Shown: positions 27,185-39,442, numbered from the whole stretch's first letter. The stretch: DNA of 63,862 bases, filler included, from Octopus bimaculoides (GCF_001194135.2; 5 parts of 4 records of this genome joined end to end with filler, not necessarily neighbours in it); one strand, 5' to 3'. Numbers and translations: made by a program. The notes: generated by a model from the sequence alone, not told the origin.

Positions 27185-27559
27185 GTAGCCTTGAACTCTC
27201 CCTCCAAAGTTCTTTTCAACTTACCCGCGCGGTACTTGTCAGCTATCGAACTTGTCACCGTATTTAGCTTTGGATGGAGCGTACCGCCCGCTTTGGGCTG
27301 CGTTCCCGAGCAACTCGACTCTCGAACCGAAGAACGTCTCTGGCTCCGAATGGGCCTGGCTCCCACTCTGGGCAGCTCCGATCGAGGGGACTCCGAACCT
27401 AGCAGGGTGAAACGATCGAGCGTGTACGAATCTTGCTCTTGACGACCGGCGCGGCCGACGAGATTCCGTGTTGGGCTTCTCCCCCGTTGACTCACCATCA
27501 CCTAGGGAATCCTGGTTTGTTTCTTTTCCTCCGCTTAGCAATATTCTTAAACTCGGTGG
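27185..27559 (-). pseudogene. 28S rRNA 5' fragment (about the first 400 nt), diverged copy
   Basis: Reverse complement contains the conserved LSU blocks CTAAGCGGAGGAAAAGAAAC..CCAGGATTCCC, GCAGCCCAAAGCGGG, GCTAAATAC, GACAAGTACCG and GTTGAAAAGAACTTTG..GGGAGAGTTCAA, with scattered substitutions. No ITS, 5.8S or 18S context. Confidence 0.88.
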
Positions 27560-27569
27560 ATATATATAT

Positions 27570-27603
<34 letters not shown>

Positions 27604-27703
27604 NNNNNNNNNNNNNNNNNNNNNNNNNNNNNNNNNNNNNNNNNNNNTTAATTAATTAANNNNNNNNNNNNNNNNNNNNNNNNNNNNNNNNNNNNNNNNN
27701 NNN
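27604..27703. other. Assembly gap spacer: 44 N + TTAATTAATTAA + 44 N (also at 35984-36083, 46751-46850, 51309-51408)
   Basis: The identical 12-mer at 27648, 36028, 46795 and 51353 is centred in a 100-bp N run each time and has stops in all six frames. Confidence 0.95.
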
Positions 27704-27754
<51 letters not shown>

Positions 27755-28513
27755 TCCTGTCTACATCAGCACTGAGATGATAATTTTGGAATATTAGTAG
27801 ATTCCGAGACTGTGAACGGTTATAGAATTTTACTTTGTGATTATCTTATTTCTAGCATTGAATTCACATCTTTTTTTTTTTCATATTAGTCTGAATCTTA
27901 ACAGAACTGTTTTCTAATTTTCTCCTTTATTTCTGTATTGTATGTTTTATCAGTATCATCTACTCCAATGTATTTATAAGGGTGGTTCTGGTCTGATTTT
28001 CTGATTTCACTGTCTGAATCTATTTATGTTATCTTGGTTTTAATTAAATTGCGTCTACATTAGAAATCATTATTATCGTTTTCTCTGCAACTTAGTAAAG
28101 GAGGGAATAAAATACATCCATATATATATGTACGTACATACATATATACGTATATAAATACATACACAGGCAAGCAAATGTACACCTTATGTATGTACAT
28201 GTGCGCACATATATACGTATGAATATACATATGTATGTTTGAATACAAATAAGAATGTAGGTACATACTCGTTATGACAATGGTCTGTATACTAGCGTTC
28301 GCGGTGGAACGAAAGAAAACAATGTACGTCACCCACAAGCTGATTTTCAATCAGTAAAGTAACTAAAATGGCGTCTGAGGAAGTTAAACGTAAAAGAATT
28401 TTTTTTTTCTACCATCAAAATAATCTTATGTTCACCCAAAGGAGGGATTTCTGTAGTAGAAGTAGCGGCACCAAAAGTAGTAGTAGTAGTAATAATAGTA
28501 GTAGTAGTAGTAG

Positions 28514-28579
<66 letters not shown>

Positions 28580-29254
28580 CACCACCACCACCACCACCAC
28601 CACTATTACTACTACAACCACCTCCACGACGNNNNNNNNNNNNNNNNNNNNNNNNNNNNNNNNNNNNNNNNNNNNNNNNNNNNNNNNNNNNNNNNNNNNN
28701 NNNNNNNNNNNNNNNNNNNNNNNNNNNNNNNNNNNNNNNNNNNNNNNNNNNNNNNNNNNNNNNNNNNNNNNNNNNNNNNNNNNNNNNNNNNNNNNNNNNN
28801 NNNNNNNNNNNNNNNNNNNNNNNNNNNNNNNNNNNNNNNNNNNNNNNNNNNNNNNNNNNNNNNNNNNNNNNNNNNNNNNNNNNNNNNNNNNNNNNNNNNN
28901 NNNNNNNNNNNNNNNNNNNNNNNNNNNNNNNNNNNNNNNNNNNNNNNNNNNNNNNNNNNNNNNNNNNNNNNNNNNNNNNNNNNNNNNNNNNNNNNNNNNN
29001 NNNNNNNNNNNNNNNNNNNNNNNNNNNNNNNNNNNNNNNNNNNNNNNNNNNNNNNNNNNNNNNNNNNNNNNNNNNNNNNNNNNNNNNNNNNNNNNNNNNN
29101 NNNNNNNNNNNNNNNNNNNNNNNNNNNNNNNNNNNNNNNNNNNNNNNNNNNNNNNNNNNNNNNNNNNNNNNNNNNNNNNNNNNNNNNNNNNNNNNNNNNN
29201 NNNNNNNNNNNNNNNNNNNNNNNNNCCACCACCACCTTTACCACCGCCGCCACC

Positions 29255-29327
<73 letters not shown>

Positions 29328-31354
29328 ATAATAATAATGATAACACACGTAGTAGTATTTCTTGTGGATGTCGTTATTGGATTAGTTGCCTTTTTGTTTT
29401 TGCTGTTTTAGCATTTGTTGTCGTTGTATTAGCCGATGTTTAACCCCCACCCAAATCATCCACGATGGCACATAACTATAACCAACGGCGTTCCAGTTAT
29501 AATACCCTCATCATATGTCCAGACATTGTGTATGTCGAAAGTCTCATTGCAGACTTTCTTCCTGTTTGTATATTTTAAGACGGCAGGATTGTATAGGAGG
29601 TTTGAATTCATTTCAATACTGGCAGTGACCCTTGGGTTTATAGGCTCATATAAGCCTATTTGTAAATTGAGACCCGATGGGGCAAATAGTCGGACTGCTC
29701 TGGGACGAAACTATATCACATTTGTATCAACGGATACATGATAGCTTTTCATCTTACCTCAAAGTAAAGCTAATCAATTCTACATAAGACATTCTGTTCG
29801 TCTAACCAAAAGGGCCTGTGGTAAGAAATCAGTTAATTTCTTTCTTTTTTCCGACGCTTAAAGTAAATTTTTTTTTATATATGTTTGTTTTCGCAGTATT
29901 AACCTTTGCTCTAGGAAAGTATTAGCGTCAAGATAATCAATGTGAACATTTGAAAATACTGGAAAACAGAGTCAGCACTGAATCTTTTCGGGATAATTGT
30001 TCCTTCATAAAGTACTTGCCAAATGTATTTCAATCGATACGCTAGTATTATACGAAATATATTCTATGTTCAACAGTTCTGTATGCGGTTAAGTTAAGTA
30101 GATCATTGCACAGCCAAATGTTTTCGGGTACATGGCAACTTGGCTTAGTGACTTCTACTCTAGCCCCGATCGGACCACTTTATGCGTAAATATAGTAGGC
30201 TGGAACTGTGTGGAAGCACTCATACATATGCAACCGGTACGGGTTTTATTACGTTCCCGTAGCTTAGCAGTTTCATCAGATTGGTTTAATAAGTGCAAGA
30301 CGTACAGAAAAAATAAGTATTGTGGTCGATTTGATCGACTAAACTATCCAAGGTTGTGCCCCAAAATGACCGCAGTCCAATAACTAAAACAAGTCCAAAG
30401 AAAAAAAGATGGAATAGATTTTAAAAAAGAAAACCCTGGATATTCATGTTTGGAACGCTGTATCTCCATGAAATCACAATACAATGTTTTAGTAAATAAT
30501 GTCTATGATACACACGAAGACGCGCAGACGAGACAGTCACGGCTCGAAGGCTTTTTGATCAAAAGTATCTTCGATCAGGGCTGAAGGAGACAAAACAGCA
30601 ACAATGACAGCAGTAGCAACAACAACAACAACAACAAATACAAGAATTCACTTAGTAAGTTCTCACGCAACAATCCTCCAGACGGTGGGTTTTTTCTTTT
30701 TCTTTTTCTGCTTCATGTTTGTATTTCTTGTTCTGATAGTTCGTGGGCTTTTTTTTTTAATACTTTATTTTCTCTGTTATTGCTTTTGTAGCTACTAAAA
30801 ACTATGTAATCGCATCTATGTTAAAGAAATTACAGTTTTATTTGTCAGGGGTTTTAATATTTGTTTCGTCTTGTTTTATTTCGTTGCTGTCTGCCGCCGT
30901 AAATTTGTTATTTTTAGTTTCTGTGTCAAATGTTAGGAAGTTTCTGGGTCAGAAGATTAACAGAAGCCTACTGTTGTTTTGGTTATAAGCCAAATGTAGA
31001 TCGTGTGTTGGAGATGTTAGAAATATGTCTGACACGTCTGAAAGGCAATAGATGTGTATATATAAACTCTTGTCATATATCTCGGATCTCGGTAGGAAAA
31101 TAAACAAATAGTCCGTTTCGAATCACACCGATTACCGGTCACAGTTTTTTTTTTGATGATGATGGTGATGATGATGAAATATATAGTTGTTGCTGATGTT
31201 GTTTGTGGCCTCACCTCAAGTCTGATGAGCAGTCATTTGATTGAAGGCATTTTAACTCTGACAAACCCATCTTGACTGCTATGTTTTTTTTTCATATCTA
31301 ACAGAAATACATCATCAAGTACATCAATTTCTCATATAGATTCACAGATCCGAA

Positions 31355-31408
31355 GACACCTTTGACTGAAAAGACAAAATCAGTTCGAAACACCGGTGTC
31401 TTAGAGTC
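31355..31408 (+). ncRNA. Minimal type I hammerhead motif, core mutated (G8>A)
   Basis: CUUUGA CUGAAAA GAC-AAAAUCA-GUUC GAA ACACCGGUGU C | UUAGAG. Stem III is a perfect 10-nt palindrome and the triplet is GUC. Confidence 0.6.
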
Positions 31409-31450
31409 CACCACATCACGGAATCGAGAATGTCGTCAATATAAAACATC

Positions 31451-31661
31451 CGATAGAGCGCAAGTAGTCAGATTCCTTAGCACGGTGAGCAGATTGCTTA
31501 GTGGTATTATTTTGTCCGTCTTTACGTTGTGAGTTCAAATTACGCCGAAGTCGACTTTGGTTTTTATCCTTTCAAGGTCGATAACCAGTTGAGTGTTGGG
31601 ATCTCTCTAATCGACTTACACGCTCCTCTGAACTTGCTGGCCTTGTGCCCAAATTTGAAAC
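31451..31661 (+). mobile_element. SINE family 1 copy with a 14-bp target-site duplication
   Basis: CAATATAAAACATC at 31437-31450 and 31662-31675 flanks the unit. Confidence 0.85.
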
Positions 31662-32531
31662 CAATATAAAACATCTGAAGAGAGTTGTTCTTCAGACGAG
31701 TAATGCAACCTCTATTAGCATACTCACAGCTAAATCTGAAGATGCATATTAAAAATGATTATGTACATGATTGTATTATTTGAAGCAATTCTTCCTTTTG
31801 TAAAGATTGAAATGCTTGTGATTTTGAGGAGGGAGATTAGGCTGCTATTTCTAGCATTACAAAGAGCCAGATTGGTTCTTTGTACAGATTGTCACTGAGG
31901 TGAAGGCCGGTGCAAACAATTCGTGTAGTACTCCAGAAATGCTACATTATTTTCAGATGTCCTTCAATAAAATAGTGTTCTGTTGGAAGTCAATTGGTTT
32001 AATATTATTTCTATTATAGAGATACAACAAAGCTAAAACAAATGATTTACATTTTAATGATTTGCAGGAATATTTGCCAAGTTGTTTAATTAAAAAAACA
32101 AAAGAGAAAAGAAATTACGGAACATTTGTGAAGTTAATCATTTTAAAATTCTACACACATCTCATTAAATCCAAAAGACGAGAAGATTGCTTCAATTAGA
32201 ACTAATTCTGTCTTGTCTACTTTACTTAGATCCTAAATAATAATTAAATACATGATAAATATGTGTCGTAATCTATACAAATTGCTTAATTATCAGTAAT
32301 ATTGATTGGGGATATAATTGATCGCTTTACTTTTAAAGTTTCGGAAAAAAAAGTATAATTATCGACCAACTGGAATCGATGATCTACTTTTATTCCCGAT
32401 ATTGTTTGAGGAGTGAGGATGGGAAAGGATGCATTTGTCGAAAAAGAAGAGTCGGCGCAGAATTGGTAGAGCGTCGGACAAGATGCCATACGATATTTAG
32501 TTACATACTTTTGTTAACAGTGAGTGATATA

Positions 32532-32566
<35 letters not shown>

Positions 32567-33807
32567 NNNNNNNNNNNNNNNNNNNNNNNNNNNNNNNNNN
32601 NNNNNNNNNNNNNNNNNNNNNNNNNNNNNNNNNNNNNNNNNNNNNNNNNNNNNNNNNNNNNNNNNNNNNNNNNNNNNNNNNNNNNNNNNNNNNNNNNNNN
32701 NNNNNNNNNNNNNNNNNNNNNNNNNNNNNNNNNNNNNNNNNNNNNNNNNNNNNNNNNNNNNNNNNNNNNNNNNNNNNNNNNNNNNNNNNNNNNNNNNNNN
32801 NNNNNNNNNNNNNNNNNNNNNNNNNNNNNNNNNNNNNNNNNNNNNNNNNNNNNNNNNNNNNNNNNNNNNNNNNNNNNNNNNNNNNNNNNNNNNNNNNNNN
32901 NNNNNNNNNNNNNNNNNNNNNNNNNNNNNNNNNNNNNNNNNNNNNNNNNNNNNNNNNNNNNNNNNNNNNNNNNNNNNNNNNNNNNNNNNNNNNNNNNNNN
33001 NNNNNNNNNNNNNNNNNNNNNNNNNNNNNNNNNNNNTGTCCCCTCCCCGCCACCGCTTCACAAACGATGTGGATGTGTTTACGTCCCCGTAACAGTAGCA
33101 GTACGGCAAATGAAACCGCTACAGTAAGTACTAGGGTGAAGAAAAAAATCCTGGGGCGATTTGTTCGACTAAAATCCTTGAAGGGGGTGCTCCAGTATGG
33201 CCGCAGTCAAATGAATGAAACAAATAAAGAAATAAAAGAATATATATATAAATTAATAAAAAAAAAAAAGAAAAAAAAAACACGATTACGTTGTACATGC
33301 AAAGAATTAACAGACGCTCAGAAAGGACGGAAAGTTAGTTTTTTGTTTCGAGCAATGTTGCTCTTCAGAAAGAGGAGACAGAGGAAAGTCCAAGAGAAAA
33401 GGAAGACGGAGCAAAATAATCGTTAACGATCGACATTTAATTAATGGCTGGTTGTTGCTACCTGAACGTGGTTGTTCCGCAGAGAACGATGCTACTACTC
33501 TTTTTAACCGCAGGAGGAATCCTGGGATTAAAAAGGGTAGTAACATTGAAAACGTTCCCTAAGTATGCAGTAGCTCCAAATTTTACTGGCATCCATTGCT
33601 AATTTCGGAAGCCTGAAATTAGGGTATATATCACTGCATACAGTATTCGAACACGGAACCATGTTGTTATGAAACAAATGTCTTAATCACACAGCTATGT
33701 TTCGATGCACCCCGTTCATTTCCCGTGCGATTTTAATTGGGAGAAGTTTAAATTCTTTGGAAGAACATTGGAATACAAGCAATCGTGCAGGTTTTACATA
33801 AATATTG

Positions 33808-34249
33808 ATTTCAAATTTTGGCACAAGGCCAGCAAAATTGTGGAGGAGAAAAGTCGATTGCATTGTCCTAAGTATTCAACTGGCATCTATTTTTTCGACT
33901 CCGAAATGATGAAAGGCAAAATCGACCTCGGCGGAAGTTGAACTCAGAATGTAAAGTCGGACGAAATGTCTCTAAGCATGTAGCCCGGCACGGTAACCAA
34001 TTTCACAGTTTGCCACCTCGTTTTATGCAAATTTTGATTTCATATTTTGGGATAAGGGCAGCAATTTTTGAGGAGGAGACAAGTGGATTGCATCGACTCC
34101 AGTGCTCAACTGATAATTATTTTATCGACTCCGCAAGGATGGAAAGCAATGTTGGCCTCAGCAAAATTTGAACTTAGTACGTAAAAACAGACGAAATATT
34201 GCTAAGAATTTTGCCTAGTGCGGTAACAACTCTACCACTTTGCCGCCTT
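33808..34249 (-). mobile_element. Two tandem SINE family 1 copies
   Basis: Reverse-complement units at about 33808-34019 and 34037-34249. Confidence 0.8.
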
Positions 34250-34729
34250 ATTTTATGTAAATATTGTCAACTCGAACTGGATATGACGGAAGATAGTAAC
34301 TTCGGTATATTTCCACATCGAAACATAGAGAAGCGTAGGTAAATACTGCAAGTATTATATATAAAATCTTGCATTGCATACATCCAGTTATATAATAGTT
34401 ATAATTTTCAATAAGACACTTAAACGAAATATGATTTTACTGTTGTTTATATGTTCAGAACTGTTTAGTAAGAGATGTTATAGTTTAACCTTTTAAAACA
34501 ATTCAAGTTTATATTTCTGGAATGAATCTGTACTTGATATTTAATGCTTATGTACTCTTAATTTCATCTTTAAGTAGCGGAACTACTTAGATAACGAAGA
34601 ATTTGGCAAAGTTTCCATTTCCGAGAAGTATATAAATCTGAGGAATTATAGTGTTCTAACCGAATGGTACGCATGTCACAGGAATTTCTAGGAACAAATG
34701 TTTTGATAATATCAGCTTAAAATAACGTG

Positions 34730-34760
<31 letters not shown>

Positions 34761-36227
34761 TATAAGAATCATATATATATATATANNNNNNNNNNNNNNN
34801 NNNNNNNNNNNNNNNNNNNNNNNNNNNNNNNNNNNNNNNNNNNNNNNNNNNNNNNNNNNNNNNNNNNNNNNNNNNNNNNNNNNNNNNNNNNNNNNNNNNN
34901 NNNNNNNNNNNNNNNNNNNNNNNNNNNNNNNNNNNNNNNNNNNNNNNNNNNNNNNNNNNNNNNNNNNNNNNNNNNNNNNNNNNNNNNNNNNNNNNNNNNN
35001 NNNNNNNNNNNNNNNNNNNNNNNNNNNNNNNNNNNNNNNNNNNNNNNNNNNNNNNNNNNNNNNNNNNNNNNNNNNNNNNNNNNNNNNNNNNNNNNNNNNN
35101 NNNNNNNNNNNNNNNNNNNNNNNNNNNNNNNNNNNNNNNNNNNNNNNNNNNNNNNNNNNNNNNNNNNNNNNNNNNNNNNNNNNNNNNNNNNNNNNNNNNN
35201 NNNNNNNNNNNNNNNNNNNNNNNNNNNNNNNNNNNNNNNNNNNNNNNNNNNNNNNNNNNNNNNNNNNNNNNNNNNNNNNNNNNNNNNNNNNNNNNNNNNN
35301 NNNNNNNNNNNNNNNNNNNNNNATTATATATTAATATAAATAATATATGAATATATGCATGTATAGATATATGTACATACCTGCATGTATATATGGATAT
35401 ATACATGCATATATGAGTACAGGACATCAAAACAAAAACGTGAACAAAATGAGAAACGAGAACTTAAAAAACAAAAACATAGAAAACGAACTTTTTTTTC
35501 GAACAACGACAGAAACAAATACAGAAAAAAGACAGGCAAAATAAAGAGCATTCCCTTCATCAGTTGTCCCCTGTTATATCTACTCCGCGTTTCGAAGGTA
35601 AGGACAAGGCGTGATTTTGTTAAAACAGTACTTCCTGCAAAGCAAATTAAATAAAATTTAGGATTTTTTTGCGGAGGGTTAAAGTGGTAACAAAAACAGG
35701 ACAGTAAGAATAAAACAGTAAAAACAAACGGTGAGGGCTGTTAAGCCAAGAGGATGTGAAGTGGTGAACGCTGGAAAAACGAGTTTGACACAAGCACGTC
35801 TTGTCTTTAGGAAGGAAGTGGAAGCAAGAAATATAGAGAGCCGTAGGTCACGTGTGAGCAACGAGAGAGTCAAGGAGGATGGGTGAAAGAGAGAGAGAGA
35901 GGGGGAACGGTGAAGGGGAGAGGAGAAGAATAGAGAAAGTTTGGTAGAGAAAAAACAGAAAGGAAGAAAAACAAGAGAGGGAGNNNNNNNNNNNNNNNNN
36001 NNNNNNNNNNNNNNNNNNNNNNNNNNNTTAATTAATTAANNNNNNNNNNNNNNNNNNNNNNNNNNNNNNNNNNNNNNNNNNNNGGGTACCGGTTCGTTTA
36101 TTTCTGTTGTCAGATTGTTTTGCACGTTCATATCTTCGTACTTTTTTCGTAACAATCTTACAGTACGTACTTCTCGGTTGTTATTCTTGGGTGGAATAAT
36201 ACCGGTGTTATTTAATCTGTTTGTAAT

Positions 36228-36591
36228 TTTTTTGTACATGGTGATTTTGGATTCGAAGATGGTCTGATTTTGATGTAACACGTGTGTTTACGATCGCTGT
36301 GCGGGTAGTAGAGGTATCAAGTTAAAAACATCATTATATTTGGAAAAATAGAGATAAATTTCAATGAGTATTACTTACTCGGATATAGTCCAACCCTTTG
36401 TCAGCTATTTTTTGTACATGGTGTTTGGGTTTGGAGATGGTCTGTATTTTGATGTAACATGTGTGTTTACGTTCACTGTTCGGGTAGTGGAGGTATCAAG
36501 TTAAAATACATCATTATATTTGGAAAAATAGAGATAAATTTCAATGAGTATTACTTACTCGGATATAGTCCAACCCTTTGTCAGCTATTTT
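36228..36591. repeat. 180-bp tandem duplication
   Basis: Sequence at 36361-36411 recurs exactly at 36541-36591, giving a period of 180. Confidence 0.9.
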
Positions 36592-36771
36592 ATTGCTCCG
36601 TGCGATGTCTTTATTTCCGATGTTTTTGGATAAGTTTCGGAGCAGTGATTTATCGTACTCACATGTTAAACTTCCCCGGTGTCTTCTTTTCTCCCCCTTA
36701 TTATTATTATTATTATTATTATTATTTTATGTTTGACTTTTGTTTTGCATTTGTACAAGTTGGATCCAAGT

Positions 36772-36838
<67 letters not shown>

Positions 36839-37012
36839 CGGTAATAAGCATATCGATACTAAATTACTTGGTGTTACATGTCAATATACAAATGCTTCAG
36901 AACAAAGTGTCAGTCGTGTAAAGAGCAGTAAGGAGAAATTAATATGACAAAGCAAAAAGAAATTATAAAGCTCGCAACATAATTTTCTATTAACTTGTCA
37001 TCTTAATTTCTT

Positions 37013-37048
<36 letters not shown>

Positions 37049-37195
37049 TGTGTGTGTGTGTACGTAGTGCATTTTGTACATTCTGTCTCTATTACTACTA
37101 CTGCTAATATTCATAAGCAGTATTGCACACTGTACCATGTGCAATATATGCTACATAGAACACAGCACCATGTATCTTTTACACTTAGTGTTCTT

Positions 37196-37933
37196 GAGAA
37201 AAGTTTATATTTTCAAAGTTATTTCGTGTTAAATTTGTCTTATTGCGGTAATTTCAAGCAATCAATGACGTGTATTCAGCTGAATAAAATTACTGCTGTT
37301 GTTTGTCAACAACAACTTCCGGCGGTGTATATTTCGTTTGTTACTGTTATTTATGACATATTTCATCTCAGTTACGTTTGTATAAATAAACGAGTGTATC
37401 TGAAGAATGTTTCCTTCATGGCACCACCACAATCGGTCGTGCATTTCTACTGTTTTTAGTTTTTTTTCCTGTTTTTAAGCTACTATTTTCGGCAGGACAT
37501 TTTTGTCCCCTCCCCTTCCAATTTCTTCATTTTTAACATTTTTCCGTAACTCTAACCCTAAAATCCCAACCCTAACCCTAAAACCTTAACCCTAACGCTA
37601 ATACCCCAACCCTAACCCTAACTCTAATCCTGAAACCTTAAGCCTAACCCTAAAACCCTATCCCTAACCCTAAAACCCTAACCCTGACCCTAAAACCTTA
37701 ACTCTAAAACCCGAACCCTAACCCTTACCCTAAAACCCTAAAGCTAAAACCAGTACAGACACTCGATCGATGTCATAAATAACAGTGACAAATGAAATAT
37801 ACACCGCCGATAGTTGTTGTTGACAAACAACGGCAGTAATTTTGTTCAGCTGAATACACGTCATTGATTGGTTGAAATTACCGAAATACGACAATTTTAA
37901 CACAAAATAACTTTGAAAATATAAACTTTTCTC
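37196..37933. repeat. About 164-bp inverted repeats (37196-37359 and 37770-37933) enclosing the telomere-like tract
   Basis: The two arms give near-identical translations on opposite strands in the ORF track (EKSLYFQSYFVL..SMTCIQLNKITAVVCQQQL.AVYISFVTVIYDI). About 90% identity by eye. Confidence 0.85.
37547..37751. repeat. Degenerate telomere-like (CCCTAA)n tract
   Basis: Many CCCTAA/CCCTAAAA units, often arranged as a 14-bp CCCTAAAACCCTAA higher-order unit. Confidence 0.85.
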
Positions 37934-39301
37934 TACATCAGTTGATGTTTTACATGACACATTCTTCCAGTTTCCGAAGTTTAAAAGTGTTTATTTGCAA
38001 AAGATTAATTTCTCGATGTGCCGTTCAAAGGGAAAAGATCCTATTTATTTGAAAACATAAACTTCGAAGGATTTGCTTTATTTTTATGGTATTACCGAAT
38101 CGTAATACAAGACTCTGGAGCTAGTTTTACAATAAACAATGAACGTGTAGTCCTGAGTTTGAGCGATTTTATGCACTGATTGTAAAATATAGTTACATGA
38201 AAATATGTAAGACTTCTGATGTGATAAACATTTCTATTTCAAGTATTTGTGAGTCTCTACAGTGAATGTATTAACATTAACTCCATATGTAACATTCTCA
38301 TAAAGCAGGCGTATTTTCCTTATAATCCGAGGGCTTTTAATTCTCTCAAGGTATATGATCACCGTGATAAAGTGTAGAAGTTTTATTTAATGTCTATGTG
38401 CATGCATGTGTATACTTCACATATTCAAATATTTATGCTTTATTCATATCTTCGTTTATTGCAGAACCATGGTAACGTTACAGAATTTTAAATGGTTTTC
38501 GCATGAATACCACTGTACTCCAGATTCTAAGATGAATCCATCGAAGAAAATTGAAATATGGTGAAATAACGAAGGAAATATGACAATTTAATGATTTAAC
38601 AATTTAATGACTAAATATTTAAACTAACCTCGTACATTTTGAGGACGGTTTGAATTTTACTTTCCTTAACTCAAGAAGCAATAATTATCGCTTATAATGT
38701 TTTTACTGGTATTGTCATTGTTGTTGTTATTGTTACTATTATCATTATTACTATTGTTGTTATTGTTATTATTATTATCATTATTATTATTATCATTATT
38801 ATTGTTATCATTATTATTAGTACATGGCAAGTTAATTTGCGAAAATAATAAGCAATATACTTTTACACCTAAATGAATTACGTATCCAAGAAAAAATAAT
38901 ATAACATAAATTGGATACAACATAATTGTTCAATAAAAATATACTTCTTTTTACATTACATGAATTTTTTTTATAATCAAAAAGACATTAAATTTAAAAT
39001 GTACGTCTTCGAATTTGGTGATTAGTTAACACTTTTGCAGTAGAAGTATTTGTAGTAAAAACCAAATAGATATGCGTTTACATTATGAAATTTTAAAACG
39101 CGACTAAATTGCCACTGAGATTTACTGGAATATGTTTGTTTCCAATTCAACAAAATGATCCTGCTGTTGAATTTTTCGTTGTATATCCATTGCCTGCGTT
39201 AAACAATAACGGTTTGTTCTATGTTTAAGAGATGAGGCATTATGTACATTATTTACATTATATGCATTCGACGGATATTTACCCTCATCTTGTTTGTTGT
39301 T

Positions 39302-39347
39302 AACATAACGTTTCTGATGATAAGCTCTGCAGCCTTCTTCAGGTGTC
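39302..39347 (-). ncRNA. Minimal type I hammerhead motif with eroded stem II
   Basis: Minus strand: GACAC CUGAAGA A GGCUG-CAGAGCUUAU-CAUCA GAAAC GU U | AUGUU. Same layout as 62569-62610. Confidence 0.55.
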
Positions 39348-39442
39348 TTGGGGGAAATTTCGAACCTGGGTTCTCATTCCTAAGGTATTTTTCGATATTA
39401 TTACTATTATTATTACTATTATTATTGTTCAGGTCATTGCTT

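Noticed and set aside
27175-27574. Several overlapping 83-111 aa ORFs
   Set aside because: They are a by-product of GC-rich 28S rRNA-derived sequence.
28373-28398. CTGAGGA...AAACGTAAAAG resembling a collapsed hammerhead
   Set aside because: No stem II and no stem I complement.
29456-29710. 84-codon open frame on the minus strand after an AG (FRPRAVRLFAPSGLNLQIGLYEP...)
   Set aside because: No recognisable family and no class C motif. Frames of this length are expected by chance in 64 kb. A BLAST or RNA-seq hit would revive it.
31222-31250. CTGATGAG followed by a small hairpin
   Set aside because: It is followed by GAAGG rather than GAAA, with no G-C closing pair and no stem III or cleavage triplet.
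34600-34655. Minus-strand IPQIYTS as the missing GPCR IPQISY exon
   Set aside because: The motif is imperfect, the frame closes after about 24 codons, and no RTVP-type motif follows.
35545-35600. Both hammerhead half-cores on the minus strand in type II order (CCUUCGAAAC...CUGAUGAAGG)
   Set aside because: The intervening sequence does not form stem I, so no complete fold can be drawn. It could be rechecked against a family consensus.
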